Made by a program: the position numbers and the translations under genes. From the NCBI RefSeq assembly GCF_000143415.4, contig NW_003314382.1:336477-400209 (forward strand): a DNA stretch of 63,733 bases. The letters run 5' to 3'. The stretch is from Selaginella moellendorffii (Eukaryota; Plantae; Lycopodiophyta). Of this stretch, positions 13,401-26,388 are shown in pieces. The first letter of the stretch is position 1, and each line of letters opens with the position of its first letter. The notes beneath the pieces are model-generated. The model had not been told where the DNA came from. It saw only the letters and a list, made by a program, of their open reading frames with translations, and searched no databases.

Positions 13401-14712
13401 TGGATTGATGGACCATCCGTTCCTCCCGACACTATATGCTTCTTTTCAGGTTTGCCAGTGCTTTCTGAGTTTTGAACATACAGCATTTTGCTTTCTAAAT
13501 TGACTTTTTCCCTGCAGACTGCGACTCACGTTTGCTTAGTGACAGACTTTTGTCCTGGAGGGGAACTCTTTCTTCAGATGGAGAAACAACCACTAAAATG
13601 TTTTGCAGAAGAAGTAGTAAGGTGGCAGCTGAACGTTTTCCTTTTGTTCATTTTTTCACTCCTTTTCACTTTTTTGGAGCAGATTTTATGCCGCAGAAGT
13701 CTTGGTTGCCTTGGAGTATCTTCATTGCCTGGGTGTGTTTATAAACCGTGCTGCCTTGCTGCATACTTACTAAATTCGTTGATAGTGCAGGCGTTGTCTA
13801 TCGAGATCTCAAACCGGAAAACGTTCTAGTCCAAGCGAACGGACATTTGTGTTTGACGGACTTTGATCTTTCTTTGCTATCTACAACAAAACCACAGGTC
13901 TGGTGGTGTTTTCTCTACAATCCTTTTCACCTCAGCGTTGTTTCCAGCTGATACGTCCAGTGCTTCCGTCGGGGAAAAGGAAGCCAAAGATACCGCCGCC
14001 GCCAGCGTTTGTAGCCGAGCCTTTAGCACGATCCAACTCTTTTGTGGGAACAGAGGAGTATATTGCCCCTGTAAGAACTGTAATTTTCCTGTCTTGACTT
14101 GTTAGTTTTTATATTTCTTTCTTGTCCCAGGAAATCATCAAAGGCGCAGGCCATGGAAGTGCCGTAGATTGGTGGGCTTTCGGTAAAGCAGCATTTTCTC
14201 TCGTTTGTTATAGCTTCTTTCTGACTTCCCTGTTTTCTAAGGCATACTAGTGTACGAGATGTTATTTGGACGAACACCATTCCGGGGAAAGAACAGGCAA
14301 AAAACTTTCGAGAACGTGTTACAAAAGGATCTCGTCTTTCCGAGCAGTAAACCCGTGCGTGTGTTTTCTTTTTCAAGTTTTTTTTTCGCTTAAAAAGCAC
14401 AAAGTTTTCGCTCTGCAGGTTAGTCTACAAGCGAAGCAACTCATACGATCGCTGCTCCAACGTGATCCCTCCAAGAGACTAGGAGGTTTAAACGGAGCAT
14501 ACGAAATCAAGCGACATCCTTTCTTCACCGGTATCAACTGGCCTCTCATACGCTGCATGGTTTGTTTCTTCCTTCGCCTTGAAAAATCGAAGAAGAACTA
14601 ACTGGGTTTGATTCTATAGCCGGCACCAGAGCTCGACACTCCAATCCAATTCATTAACAAAAACGCAGAACCAGCGGCCACCAAAGATGAGAACTACGCT
14701 GACGTTTTCTAG
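10441..14712 (+). CDS. PHOT: Phototropin (LOV1-LOV2-AGC Ser/Thr kinase blue-light receptor), about 20+ short introns
   Basis: N-terminal [12 protein letters not shown] and ERAAEWGL; two GRNC|RFLQ LOV motifs; [24 protein letters not shown]; kinase RDLKPEN, DFD and [14 protein letters not shown]; ends DVF-TAG at 14710-14712. Confidence 0.97.
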
Positions 14713-14795
14713 GAGGCCAAGGTATTGTTGTCATATGGTTTTGGGATTTCCTTGTTTCTCTTCTAGCGATTTCATGAGATCAAAACCAAGGTTGT

Positions 14796-16508
14796 ATGAG
14801 AGATAGAGCTTTGGTAACAGTAGCAGACTACGTCCAAGCCTTGAAAGCCGCCTCTCGATCCAGGGATGCTACCAAGTGCAAGAAACTCCACAAATGGATC
14901 GTGGAGAGCGAGCACCGCAGCAATGGGCTCCTAGGCAATCACCTCATCGAGGCATACATCCAATGCGGCAGGGTGGAAGCAGCGCAGTCAGTGTTTGATG
15001 GGATCGCCAGTCCAGACAAGTTCTCCTGGGGCATCCTCTTCCACGCTTACGCTCGCAATGGGCATCACGCCGAGGCCAAGCACGTCTTCGATCGAATGCC
15101 CGCGCGATGGATCGTGTCGTGGACCGCGATGCTGCAGTCACTCACCCACAACCGGCACTTGGATGCTTCGATGCTTTTCTTCGAGAGAATGCCGTCAAGG
15201 AACGTTATATCTTTCACCACTATGCTGGCAGCGCTCCAGAGATCCGGGGAACTCGGTCGAGCCAGCGCCCTCTTTGCCGAGATGCCGGAAAGAGATGTTT
15301 GGGTGTGGACTATCATGTTTCAAGCAAATGCCCAGCAGGGGCATTTGGATGAATCAAAGCGGATGTTCGATGCGATGCCGCTTTGGAGCATTGTTTCGTG
15401 GGGGGCGATGATCGCTGTGTTTGTGCAGCACAGAAAAATGGATGAAGCCAGCGATTTGTTTCAAGGCATGCCAGAGAGAGACCTCGTCACTAGCAACAAT
15501 GTGATCGCGGGATATGCCGCAACCGGGAATCTGGACTGCGCTAGATTCCTATACGAAAAGATGCCGGCATGGGACGTTTGTACATACGCCTCCATCTTCG
15601 ATGCATACGCCCAAAACGGCCATACGAACGCTGCCAGGAAGATTTTTATCGACTTCCCGCAAAGAGATTCGGTACTATGGACCAGCCTGTTATCGGCCTA
15701 TGCCCGACAAGGGAATCTCCACGAGGTAGATGTAATCCTCTTAAAGATGCCGCAGAGATGCGTCATATCTTTGACGGCGGCATTGACCGCTCACGCACAG
15801 TCAACAAAAGTCAGCGCCTCGAAGGGCTTGTTTGACGAGATGCAAACGCGGGATATCCTGCCCTGGAATCTCTTGCTGATGGCCTATGCCCAGAATGGGC
15901 ATCTTGGCAAGTTGGAGAGCGTCTACGCAAAGATGCCCGAGCACAATGTCTTTAGCTCTACGTGCATGGTGGGAGCATATGCTCAGACAGGGAATCTAGA
16001 ACAGGCAAAGACAAACTTTGTGAGAATCCCGGCAGAGAACACAGTCGCATGGACGACGCTCCTCGTCGGCTGTGCGCACACCGCTGCATGGCAAGAGGCG
16101 CTGGAGATCTTCAAGGCCATGAACTGCGATGGTATACCGCCCGACGACGTCACATTCCTGGGAGTTCTCACGGCTTGCAGCTACGTCGGTCGGCCCGAGG
16201 AAGGAAGGAGCCGGTTCCTGTCGATGATCCAAGACCACGGAATACCGCCGGCTCTCAAGCACTACCACTGCATCCTGGATATCCTGGGCCGGGCCGGGAG
16301 ACTGGAAGAGGCCGAGGAGCTCGTCCATACCATGCCTTTCGAGCCGGACGACGTTGCGTGGACGATTCTGCTTGGAACTTCGAGAGTTCACTCGGACCTC
16401 GATGTTGCCACCCGAGCAGCGGACGAACTTGGCACGGCAGCGAGCAGCGCACCGCATTTGCTGCTCCTCAAAGCGTACGCGCAGAGACAAGTGGAGGCGC
16501 TCTTATGA
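14796..16508 (+). CDS. PLS-class PPR protein with (truncated) E domain, no DYW
   Basis: Intronless 570 aa ORF of ~31-aa repeats (FDRMPxR..SWT); TFLGVLTACS, HYHCILDILGRAGRLEEA, MPFEPDDVAWTILLG. Confidence 0.92.
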   Translation: MRDRALVTVADYVQALKAASRSRDATKCKKLHKWIVESEHRSNGLLGNHLIEAYIQCGRVEAAQSVFDGIASPDKFSWGILFHAYARNGHHAEAKHVFDRMPARWIVSWTAMLQSLTHNRHLDASMLFFERMPSRNVISFTTMLAALQRSGELGRASALFAEMPERDVWVWTIMFQANAQQGHLDESKRMFDAMPLWSIVSWGAMIAVFVQHRKMDEASDLFQGMPERDLVTSNNVIAGYAATGNLDCARFLYEKMPAWDVCTYASIFDAYAQNGHTNAARKIFIDFPQRDSVLWTSLLSAYARQGNLHEVDVILLKMPQRCVISLTAALTAHAQSTKVSASKGLFDEMQTRDILPWNLLLMAYAQNGHLGKLESVYAKMPEHNVFSSTCMVGAYAQTGNLEQAKTNFVRIPAENTVAWTTLLVGCAHTAAWQEALEIFKAMNCDGIPPDDVTFLGVLTACSYVGRPEEGRSRFLSMIQDHGIPPALKHYHCILDILGRAGRLEEAEELVHTMPFEPDDVAWTILLGTSRVHSDLDVATRAADELGTAASSAPHLLLLKAYAQRQVEALL

Positions 16509-16619
16509 TCTACAGAGAAGATGTTTAGACAAGTCTGGAAGAAAACTCCGAGCACAATCAAAACAATGTCTACAAAACTTGCCTTGTGTGTCGCTGCTCG
16601 AGACTTCCATCGGGAACTT

Positions 16620-17347
16620 TCAAGCTGTGACCGGTGGTGGCGGATCGCTACCTTCTTGCCCAGGCTCGGCCTGTGTTTCTGGTTCTTTCTTCTTTGCTGC
16701 TACTGCCGCGGCCCTTCTTAACTTGTACTTGGCTAGAGCTCCCTTCTTCTTCTTCAAGTCTCGGGTAGTGGGCTCCTTGACGAGTTTCTTCCAAGGTACT
16801 CGTTCCGGTGGAGGCTTTTCAATCACTCTCCAGTTTCGCTTGTTCGAGCCACTCATCCTCATCACTCCAGTCTTTAAAACTCCTGGAAAAAGAAGACTTA
16901 GATCAAGAAAAGCCAGGGCTTGTGCATACCGTTCTCGTGAAACATCCCCCAAGCTTTCCCGTGGTTCAAGCTCTGGATAGAAGAAGAGCACACACAGAGA
17001 AGCTACATTCGTCGAATCTTCCTAGAGCTTACCTTGTAGAGATTGATCCTAGTGAGAACAAAGTAACGATCCCTCCTCCAAGTTTTCTTCTGGAACTTCA
17101 TCCCCATTCCCCAGTCAGGCAGCCCGGCCAGGATATCAAACAAGTTCTTGCGAGGCCCCGCGGAGAGCTTGCTTCCATCGCCAGGCCGTGGCGATGGAGG
17201 ATCTCGGCGCTTGAAATCCGGATTCTTCTTCCCCTTACCTCCATGCTTGACGGATTTCACCAGGCACCGCGTCGATCCAGGCAGCGGATCCCTCTGCAAG
17301 ACAATGGAGGCGGCCTTCTTCCTCGCCAGGAACATCGCCATCGCCAT
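16620..17347 (-). CDS. Mitochondrial ribosomal protein mS34-like (3 exons)
   Basis: Spliced product contains KNLFDILAGLPDWGMG...TRINLYK|SLNHGKAWGMFHEN|G...MSGSNKRNWR, the plant MRP-S34 pattern. Basic transit-peptide-like N-terminus; GT-AG introns at ~17031-16974 and ~16929-16884. Confidence 0.75.
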
Positions 17348-17413
17348 GGCCTAAAAACCCTAAACCTCGCTCTTGGATTGGAGAAATTTCTTGTGTATGC
17401 TTGGGCATCGCCA

Positions 17414-19180
17414 ATGCCATTCCCTGGGCAGATTTCCAGCCACGTATCGCGAAGAGATCGCGCCGACGCCGTGAGAGGATGCGTGGATCTGGCAGTCGCG
17501 AGGAGGATCCACGCCCGCATTTCCTCGCACGGCGATCCTTCCAGCGACACTCGCCTCTCCAATTTCCTCATCGACATGTACACGCGATGCGGCAGCCTGG
17601 ACGACGCTCTTCCACGCCATGGAAATTCCCAATCTTTTTCTCTTGGAACATCGTCGTCAAGAGCTTCGTGCGCAGCGGGCATCTGGAAGAAGCGAGGAGC
17701 GCGTTCGATCGAATGCCGGCGCGTAACGTGGTCTCCTTCAAAGCCATGATCGCGGCGCATTCGCAGAGCGGGCATCTGGAAGAAGCCATCCGGATCTTTG
17801 ATCTGATGCTGGAGAGAGACGAAGTCACCGGAAATTCAATGATCACGGCCTATGCCGCGAGCGGCGAGACCAAGCGATCCAAAAATATCTTCCACGACAT
17901 AGAAACTAGAACCCTAATCTCATACAACGCTCTCATAACAGCATATACCCGAAACCGGCATCTTGTCGAGGCAAAGATTGCGTTTGACAGGATGCCCGAG
18001 AGAACCATTATTACATGGACTGGAATGCTATCAGCGCACTCATAAACTGATATTTTCAAAGTGCTAAGGTAGTTTTCAAAGAGATGCCCGAGCAAAACAT
18101 AGTCGCATGGAAGGCAATGATTACAGAAATTGCCCAAATTGGGTATTTTGAATAAGCGAGGGTTGTCTTTGACAAAATGCCCTTCTGGGATCACTTTAGC
18201 TGGAATGCTGTAATCACTGCATATGCAGAGAAGGGTTTTACTCGTGAAGCGCAAAAAATGTTTTCGAGAATGCTACAGCATGAATTTGTCTCGTGGAATG
18301 CGCTCATTTCAGCAAATACCAAGCTTGGGAATCTGGATGAAGCCAAGCGATTGTTTGAATCGATGCCGGTGAGGAACACCTGGAATCTCATGCTTTTGGC
18401 GTATGCGCAGGGATCCAAGCTCAGAGAAGCGAAGGTTATGTTCGATGGAATGCCCGGGTGGGATCTCCCATCATGGTTATCGCCTACTCAAACAGCTCCA
18501 AGCTCGAGGAGGCTCGATTCTTCTTCGACAATCTCCCGCAGCAAAACGAGGTTGCGTGGACTTCCATGATCCACGGCTACGTTTCCAACAGCCAGGTCGA
18601 GGAAGCCCAGATCCTCTTCTCCCGAATTCTGGTGCGCGATTCCATCTGCTGGACTGCGATGATCGAGGCCTACGCTCAAAACGACGCACATGCCGCGCGG
18701 GCGATGTTCGATCGAATGCCCGAGCGCCACAACGTTGTCGCATGGACAGCGATGATCCAGGCCTACGCTCTCACTGGGAATTTCTTTCACGCTTCGATCC
18801 TCTACCAGGACATGGTCTTGGAAGGAATGGCTCCCGACCGGATCGCATTCACTGGAATCCGCATCTCATGCAGCTACGCGGGGCTCCTCGCCAAATCGCG
18901 AGCCTATTTCGTGTGGCTCGCCCCGATCGTGGAGCACTACTACTGCATGATCGATGTTTTTGGGCGATCCGGGATGCTAGAGGAGGCCGAGGAGCTCATC
19001 GACACGATGCCGTTCCATCCCAAGGAGATCGCCTGGACGACGCTGCTCGGCGCCTCGTGTCGATTCAGGGAAAGTCCGGGCTTTATGAGATTGGATTCGA
19101 GAAGCCCGGCGGCTTACGTCCAGCGTGATCACTGGCCGAATCGATCAAGAGAAATTAACTCACACCTTGTTGACTTATAA
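17414..19180 (+). pseudogene. PLS-E PPR pseudogene
   Basis: PPR repeats are split over several frames (17401-18045, 18177-18569, 18458-19180) by frameshifts and stops (TAA at ~18043 and ~18153). E-domain start EHYYCMIDVFGRSG. Confidence 0.85.
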
Positions 19181-19789
19181 GTTTAAAGTTTTGCTCGTGC
19201 TCCACATTTGAAGGCTGCCTCTTCGATCTAAGGCTGTCACGAAATTTTCCATCATACTGGATCACCTGTTATTCCGTCAAACACAGACAAGCGGGACAAT
19301 GAGCGGATTGCGTTTTCGAGAGGGAGAATCCTTCAGCCGCTTGACTACGAATATGAACTTGTTGATCAGGTGAGTGCTACCGTTAAGAGCTTTGGAGTCA
19401 CAGAGGAGGATCTAATTGGCGTGCGTAACTGGTACAATTCCAAAGCATCCAGGGTAACAATTAATACACAGGCTGTGTTGTCAGTGGTGATGGCATTTTT
19501 CTCTGCTGCTGCTGCTCACATTCGAATCGCAAGGCGACTTTGCTACCACAATGCACGTCAAATCAGTGATCGAATGCAAAGGGTGGCAGAGGGCATTGGT
19601 CATCCTGTGGTCTCGGCCGCGTTGTTTTCCGCTCCCCTGGGCTGCTCAACCTTAGAAACAATGAAGAATAGAAAAGGGACGAAGTTACTTGAGCTTTCCC
19701 ATGGCCATAGCCACTTATCCTATGTAGTTGGACAAGGTCCCAAGGCCAGAGTCTGAGAGAGAGAGCCTCCATTCCCTGCGAGCTGCTGC

Positions 19790-20280
19790 AACGATTGCTT
19801 GAGGTTGCAAATTCCCAGCAGCCGGTGTTGTTGTCTCTCATCTTCACATTTGCCAGGGAACGGCGCTTCTCTGCCGTGAAGTCCAGCCGCTGCATGAGAA
19901 TGACAAAAATCAAACACTGAAGCTAGCACAAAAGGAAAAAAAAAAAAAAAAAAAAAAAAACTCTTACCCAGAAGTTCGTGAGAACGTTCCGGCCTTGGTT
20001 GATCGCGATCCTCATCATTCTGCAAGTATGCCACTGACGCTTCGAAAACCATCAGAGGCAATCTACAAGCACAGGAACAAATCGAATTAAATCAAGTTCA
20101 GTAGAAAAAGCTACACAAACACACGTTTGTTCCCTGTATTCTCGTCGTCTTTCCGATCTGTTGAAAGACATCATACCAATCCTTCTTCGAGAAATGGTCG
20201 ACACTGAGGAAATCAAGCAATCAGATTGACGCAAAACGCTGGCTAGAATTTATAAAACTTACATCTTGCCTCCCTCCTGC
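19790..20280 (-). pseudogene. RPS3A: Intron-retaining pseudogene of 40S ribosomal protein S3a (eS1)
   Basis: Minus strand encodes fragments VDHFSKKDWYDV, QIGKT-TRIQGT, VFEASVAYLQNDED, QGRNVLTNFW and DFTAEKRRSL, collinear with plant RPS3a but with deletions and frameshifts. GTAAG donors are retained; the poly-T at 19936-19960 lies in an intron. Confidence 0.8.
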
Positions 20281-21427
20281 GAGAACGAGCACACGTACCA
20301 GAAAGCCGGCACCTCGCCATTACGCTAGATCAGCATTGTGACCGAATGCGGATCCCAGCATTGCCGCATCAGCCTCTCTCATGGCGCCACTGCCAGCATT
20401 GACGCCATCTTGGGCTCCTAGCTCCATAGAATAGGGCGAAGTAGAAGTGGAATTTTTCAAAATTCCACTTTAAAAATATTTACAGGATACCGTTTCATCT
20501 TCAGGAGATCGCCTGGACGACGCTGCCCGGCGCCTCGTGTCAATTCAAGAGCTCTGACCATCGAGCTCATTGGATTCTTACGTCCTCCTTTCGAGCGTGC
20601 CGATTCGATCGTGAGAAATAGAAGTACGGGCAAGTTTCCGGGGGCATTATTAAGAGAGATCCCCTGACCTTGTCTACGCGTCAACGATCTCTGTCCAAGA
20701 GATGATCTTCAACATCCCGGACTTCAGAGGCATTTGCATTAATCTTGATGTTCAGTCCGGTTGCCTCAATTACTTCAACATTTCTGAGAACCATTTGCCG
20801 CAACAGTTGACAATAAAAAATCACGGTATTTGGATTTTGCGATTGTGCATATTTCCTAGCGGTCGCCATCAGCAGACAAGATTTGAACATGGAAGCACGG
20901 ATCAAGAAATCCTCATGGTATAAACGTTTTTGACACTGTACCATTCTTTGCGCCGACCGTACACAGACACATCACCTTTGCATTTGTTAGAATACACCAA
21001 GTGGCCATTCCATTCCGCGGCGAAATAGTCCAAGAGATGACATTCCTGCCCGGAATTAGTCATCAAAAGAGAGAGTACACCCCCAGTGGTCGCAATTCTC
21101 ACACGCAGAGATGACGTACTGGCGCGTCTTGGACCATCCCTGGCCACTGAGATGTACGTAAGCGAAATGGGCCACGTTTGACAATGACCAGCGCGCTGCT
21201 CACCTACTCCAGGAGGCATCGTGACCGTCGGATGCCATCACACCTCTCAGTCAACTAAGGCAGACGTGGCGTGTCGCCATTGGCAACTGTACGCATCGTG
21301 CTATAAAGCCCTACCAGCTCGGACTGGCAAAACTCGGCATTTCGCTCGCCAGCGCGGCAAATGCTTTCTAGACCTAAATCTGGAGCATATTCTCCAGCAC
21401 CCAAGGAGCATCTTTAACCTCCAAGAC

Positions 21428-22867
21428 ATGGCTGCCCGATACTCGTTGGGGATGTCGTCGATCGAGAGCGCGTTCATCAAGCGCTCGCTGGATCCAGAGA
21501 ATGTGAGTTCCTCTCCTTCCAATTGCTCCTCGATCCTTGGCGAGGCGAAGAAGAACCTCATCGTCACAGCGGCAGCGTCGCCAAACGGTATGGCCTCGTC
21601 CAAGCCGATCACCAACTCCTCGGGCGCGCAATGGCAGAGCGCTTGCGCGGTGGTGTCCAGCCAGTGGGCGGCGCAGATCGAGAAGGAATCGAGCAGCAAT
21701 GGCAGCACTGACAGTGGGCACAGCCGCAAATCGACCACGCCCAGCAGCACCTCCTCCTCCTCCATCACCATCCAGGACGCGCGGCGCGGATCCGCATTCC
21801 GCGAGACGTTCAAGGATCTGGTCACGCTCCCGCGGCCGCTGTCCATCCAGGATCTCGCCATGCCGCCGGCGCACGGCTCCCAGCTTCGCGTCGCGTACCA
21901 GGGCGTCCCGGGGGCGTACAGCGAGTCCGCGGCATCCAAGGCCTACCCGGGCTGCGACCCCGTCCCCTGCGAGCAATTCGAGGCGGCGTTCCAGGCCGTG
22001 GAGCTCTGGATCGCGGACCGCGCGGTACTGCCCATTGAGAACTCCTTGGGCGGTAGCATCCACCGGAACTACGACCTCCTGCTGCGTCACCGGCTGCACA
22101 TCGTGGGGGAGGTGCAGCTGGCGGTACACCACTGCCTGCTGGCGGTACCGGGCGTACGGAAGGAGGAGCTCCACCGCGTGATCAGCCACCCCCAGGCGCT
22201 GGCTCAGTGCGAGAACACGCTTACCCGGCTGGGCGTGGCGCGGGAGTCCGTGGAGGATACCGCCGGTGCCGCGCAGCTCATCGCCCAGAACCCGCTGGCG
22301 ATGCGCGACACCGGGGCGGTGGCCTCCTCCCGCGCCGCCGAGCTGTACGGGCTGGACGTGCTCGAGGAGGACATCCAGGACGAGGAGGGCAACATGACGC
22401 GGTTCCTCATGCTGGCGCGCGAGCCCATCATACCGCGGACGGACCGCCCGTTCAAGACGAGCGTCGTGTTTGGGCTCGAGGAGGAGTCCGCCGGCTCGCT
22501 GTTCAAGGCGCTGTCCGCGTTTGCGCTGCGCGGCATCAATCTCACCAAGATCGAGAGCCGGCCGCAGAGGAAGCGGCCGCTGCGCGTGGTGGACGATAGC
22601 AACCACGGCACCGCCAAGTACTTTGAGTATCTCTTCTACATCGATCTCGAGGCGTCCATGGCGGATCCGCGGGCACAGAACGCGCTTGGCCAACTCCAGG
22701 AGTTTGCGAGCTTCCTCCGGGTGCTCGGGAGCTATCCCATGGACATGACGCCGGTGTCCAAGACCGTGCCGTGCGACACAGACGAGGAGCTCGGGGAGGT
22801 GGCGGCGGCGGCGGTGGAGCGTCCGTCGCGGGCGGTGAACGGTGCGTGCAACGGCGCTGCCGCGTGA
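21428..22867 (+). CDS. ADT: Arogenate/prephenate dehydratase, plastid-targeted, intronless
   Basis: [52 protein letters not shown] (TRF) and LTKIESRP (ACT domain); Ser-rich transit peptide; TATA-like CTATAAAG at 21301. Confidence 0.96.
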   Translation: MAARYSLGMSSIESAFIKRSLDPENVSSSPSNCSSILGEAKKNLIVTAAASPNGMASSKPITNSSGAQWQSACAVVSSQWAAQIEKESSSNGSTDSGHSRKSTTPSSTSSSSITIQDARRGSAFRETFKDLVTLPRPLSIQDLAMPPAHGSQLRVAYQGVPGAYSESAASKAYPGCDPVPCEQFEAAFQAVELWIADRAVLPIENSLGGSIHRNYDLLLRHRLHIVGEVQLAVHHCLLAVPGVRKEELHRVISHPQALAQCENTLTRLGVARESVEDTAGAAQLIAQNPLAMRDTGAVASSRAAELYGLDVLEEDIQDEEGNMTRFLMLAREPIIPRTDRPFKTSVVFGLEEESAGSLFKALSAFALRGINLTKIESRPQRKRPLRVVDDSNHGTAKYFEYLFYIDLEASMADPRAQNALGQLQEFASFLRVLGSYPMDMTPVSKTVPCDTDEELGEVAAAAVERPSRAVNGACNGAAA

Positions 22868-23968
22868 TTCTTTCTTCTTTCCAGACTGTAAGATTGGAAT
22901 TTCATGGAAAGCAGAAAGAGCGACAGAACACACCAAGAGCGTTGTTTCCAAGTGGTGATTTTCTTGTGGGATTCCACTGCCAGAATAAGATAGATATTTT
23001 TTTGCGCAGCCATGCATGAAGGCTTGGTGAGCTCGGTAGGTGCACGTGAGTGTAAAGAGGTCACCATAAGGTTAAGAAACCTGTACATTGCTTAGTTGAC
23101 AGTCAATTTCTAATTTTTATGTATATGTGAACTTAGTAAGAAAATATCACATTAGTTTATGGAAAAAAAGAAAAGATAATAAATCAGGTAAAGTTGAAAG
23201 TCTAATTAATAAATATATACATATATATATAAGGTATATTATATAATCTCAGAATACCTTTATAAAATTTAACACAAATGTAAATACATTAAAACTAAAA
23301 TTAGTATAGAGTAGTGCATCCTAAAAACAAAAATGTTAAAAAAAATTTAAAAAACTTATATAGAATAGAATAAAATTTCAAAATCATCACTAAATATATT
23401 TTAATGATCTTTTATTACTATAACCTCTTAAAAGAAATAAATAATTACGTTTAAAAATAAAATAAACCTCTATAAATTCTTGTCTTCAAATGATCCTATA
23501 TATTAAATTACATAAATATATTAAATTTTTGGGTAAATGCAAAATATTTGTTAGAATATCAATATTTCTTTACTATTATCATTACATTCAATTAATCTAA
23601 GCCTAATGTACAATACATATGTACTTTTTGCATTAATTTTTATTAATAAAGTTTTGGCATTCATAAATTTAGATGTAGAGTAAGACTATTTTCTGTTCTT
23701 AAAGTAATTACTTTTTCAACAATACAAATAAATAAAAATTCTTATTTTGTAACATCATTTGATCATTTAAACTTTTAAATGTTAGTGGTGGCATAGTATC
23801 TTTAAAGATTCTCACTCTTTTAAATAGTAAAATTACCTTTTTATTTATTTGTATATTGTTTTATTAACAATTAAACTTTTACTGTTTAAATTTATTTGCT
23901 AATAGATTCTATTAGCATTATAATTTTTATATTTACTTTTAAATTTTTATAAATTATTTTTTATTGAA

Positions 23969-23970
<2 letters not shown>

Positions 23971-24003
<33 letters not shown>

Positions 24004-24089
24004 TATATATACACATATATATATATACATATACATATATACACATGTATGTAATTATATTACATACATGTGTGTGTATGTATATATAT
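23971..24089. repeat. (AC)n/(AT)n compound microsatellite with perfect hairpin
   Basis: An (AC) run is followed by AT/AC mixes. ACACATGTATGTAAT-tat-ATTACATACATGTGT at 24041-24073 is a 15-bp perfect inverted repeat. Confidence 0.9.
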
Positions 24090-25143
24090 GAGTACTCTTA
24101 ACATAGTTGGGCTCTTTTGAAATTGTAAAAGTAAATTAAACCCCAAAAATGTAATGTAATTAAACATTTTTAAATGTATTTTTATTTTTATTTTCATGTA
24201 TCCTATTGTCATTTTAAATTGATTTAACTTCTTTTGAAAACTTTCCTTTTACTCCAATGATGAAATCATCCACATACACAACATTTATAGTTGATATCCT
24301 TGTTTACAAATAAATATTTTGAAAAGGAAATTGTGATGAGTACTTTGATGCAAGCTTGAAATACATAACTCACACACTAGCCAATGCATCTTATGTGGTG
24401 ACATGAGGCCTCAGAAGTTACTTAAAGAAATATAAAATAAGCCATTTAGGAAGCTAGTATTAATATTCTCCCAAGGCTAATAAAGACATTAAGAAATCTA
24501 TATATTATTGTTATAATCTAAAATTTAATTATAATTCTGATTAATATGATGTACTTATGAAATGTATTTTAGATTTAAACATGGTGGAGATCTTAATTTA
24601 TTTATTTTTAAGTCTTCTAACAAATTTAAACTTATAAATGATCCAAATTTTATTAGAAGATATAAATTTTACAATTAATTGGAAAGATTATGAAATTATA
24701 GTATTTGAAGGTTCTACAAAATATGAAATTATAGGATGGTATGAACATGAGCACACTTGAATTAATTTTTTTAATATTAAACCTCAATGTTATATCTTAA
24801 AATATTTTAAATTATTTTATAATTTTAGTTTTTATTTAAATAAAAAATTAATAAAAAATATATATTCATATATATTCATATAAATTAATATGCTTCTAAA
24901 ATATTCTAGAATATTTTGTGAAGTTAGGATGACACTATTTTCATAGGAATAGATCTAATATAAAGACTTTTACCCTTGACTATAAATAGCTAATTTATGC
25001 ATCTAATAGAAGAATTTAAAGGTTAAACTTTTTTTTAAAAAAAATCAAAAGTTCGCTTTAAAATCTTTCTTCTGCTTTCCTGGTCATAAGCTTGTCCAAT
25101 AACAGCTTCAAGACATGGCATCTAAGCAAGAATATGTAAATCT

Positions 25144-26388
25144 TCAATGTTCCAATCGACTAAGCCCAGTTCTATTGCTCCTCAAACAATCAGCCTTCAT
25201 GGCTTGCCGGATCCGGATCACATCCTCGGGCCTCTGAGCAGCAGCATAGATGTTGGACAGCAAAAGATAAGGCGCTGTTTTCTGCGCCTCGGGATCCTGT
25301 TCCATGTCGATGAGCTGCTTGGCGGCCACGGCCCCTCGCTCCACATCGCCATGGACCCTGCAGGCATCCAGCAGCGATGTCCACGCCACAGCCAGTTCCT
25401 TGCGCGGGAGCTCCCTCACAAACTTTTGGGCTTCGCTTAGCTGTCCGGATCGTCCCAGCGCGTCGATCACACAGTGGTAGTGCTCCGGTAGCTGCGCAAG
25501 GCCGCGATCGTCAGGCAACGAGTTGAAGTAGTCCCATGCTTGCTCTACGCGCCCGGCATGGCTGCAAGCGGTGAGGACTCCAATGAAAGTAACCTCGTCG
25601 GGTTCCACACCCTCGAGATCCATGCCCCAGAAGAGCTCTAGAGCTTCCATGGGATGCCCGTTCTGGGCATAAGCGTAGATGATCGCAGTCCAGGACACCA
25701 GTGTCTTCTCGGGTATTTGGTGGAAGAGTTCCTCGGCGTGGATGAGATCGCCGAGGACGGCATAGACCTGGCACAGGACTGTCCAGCAGATGCTATCTCT
25801 CTCGGGCATTCTCTCGAAGATCTCGACGGCTTTCTTGACGTTCCCGGACTGGGTGTAGCCATCGAGCAGCACCGTCCAGGAGACCAAGTCGCGATGCGGC
25901 ATCTGGTGGAAGATTTCCATCGCTCGGTCGAGCTCCAGCGCCTGGGCGAAACCTCGCATCACCGCAGTGCACGGGACATGGCCGACCTCGGGCATCTTGT
26001 CCAGGATAGTTCGCGCTTCCGAGAGAAGCCCGTGGATAACGCTTGCGGCGACGATGGTGTTCCACGAGACATCGTTCCGGGCGGGCATTTGGAGGAAGAG
26101 GTGGCGGGCGAGATCCATATGCCCGTTCTGGGCATACGCATGGATCATGATGTGGGTCGAGAACAAGTTCGGTTTCTCGATGGAATCGTAGACACTCCGC
26201 GCGTCGCCAGCGCTGCCGCATCGCCCATACATCTCGACGATGAGATTTGCAAGAAATCTGCTCTTGCAGCGCTGCTGGATCCCTCCGGTTACCTGTTCGT
26301 GGAGTCTCCTCGCGTCGGCCAAGCTCCGGCACGAACGGATGAGCTGCGAGCACCGCCTAAACTCTGGGCTCCGGAAAAAATCAGCCAT
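25144..26388 (-). CDS. PLS-class PPR protein with E domain, no DYW
   Basis: Intronless 414 aa; TFIGVLTACSHAG, HYHCVIDALGRSG, WTSLLDACRVHGD, PYLLLSNIYA. Confidence 0.93.
   Translation of the reverse strand: MADFFRSPEFRRCSQLIRSCRSLADARRLHEQVTGGIQQRCKSRFLANLIVEMYGRCGSAGDARSVYDSIEKPNLFSTHIMIHAYAQNGHMDLARHLFLQMPARNDVSWNTIVAASVIHGLLSEARTILDKMPEVGHVPCTAVMRGFAQALELDRAMEIFHQMPHRDLVSWTVLLDGYTQSGNVKKAVEIFERMPERDSICWTVLCQVYAVLGDLIHAEELFHQIPEKTLVSWTAIIYAYAQNGHPMEALELFWGMDLEGVEPDEVTFIGVLTACSHAGRVEQAWDYFNSLPDDRGLAQLPEHYHCVIDALGRSGQLSEAQKFVRELPRKELAVAWTSLLDACRVHGDVERGAVAAKQLIDMEQDPEAQKTAPYLLLSNIYAAAQRPEDVIRIRQAMKADCLRSNRTGLSRLEH

Noticed and set aside
10441-14712. Neochrome (phytochrome-phototropin chimera)
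   Set aside because: No phytochrome PAS-GAF-PHY module; conventional intron-rich phototropin.
16808-17749. 313-aa + strand ORF as a chimeric gene
   Set aside because: Mostly antisense to mS34 and running into the PPR pseudogene start.
19936-19960. Poly(A) tail of a retrocopy/LINE
   Set aside because: It is a poly-T tract right after a GTAAG donor within an intron of the minus-strand RPS3a pseudogene.
21374-23017. 547-aa antisense ORF over ADT
   Set aside because: Shadow of a GC3-rich coding strand; no recognisable motifs.
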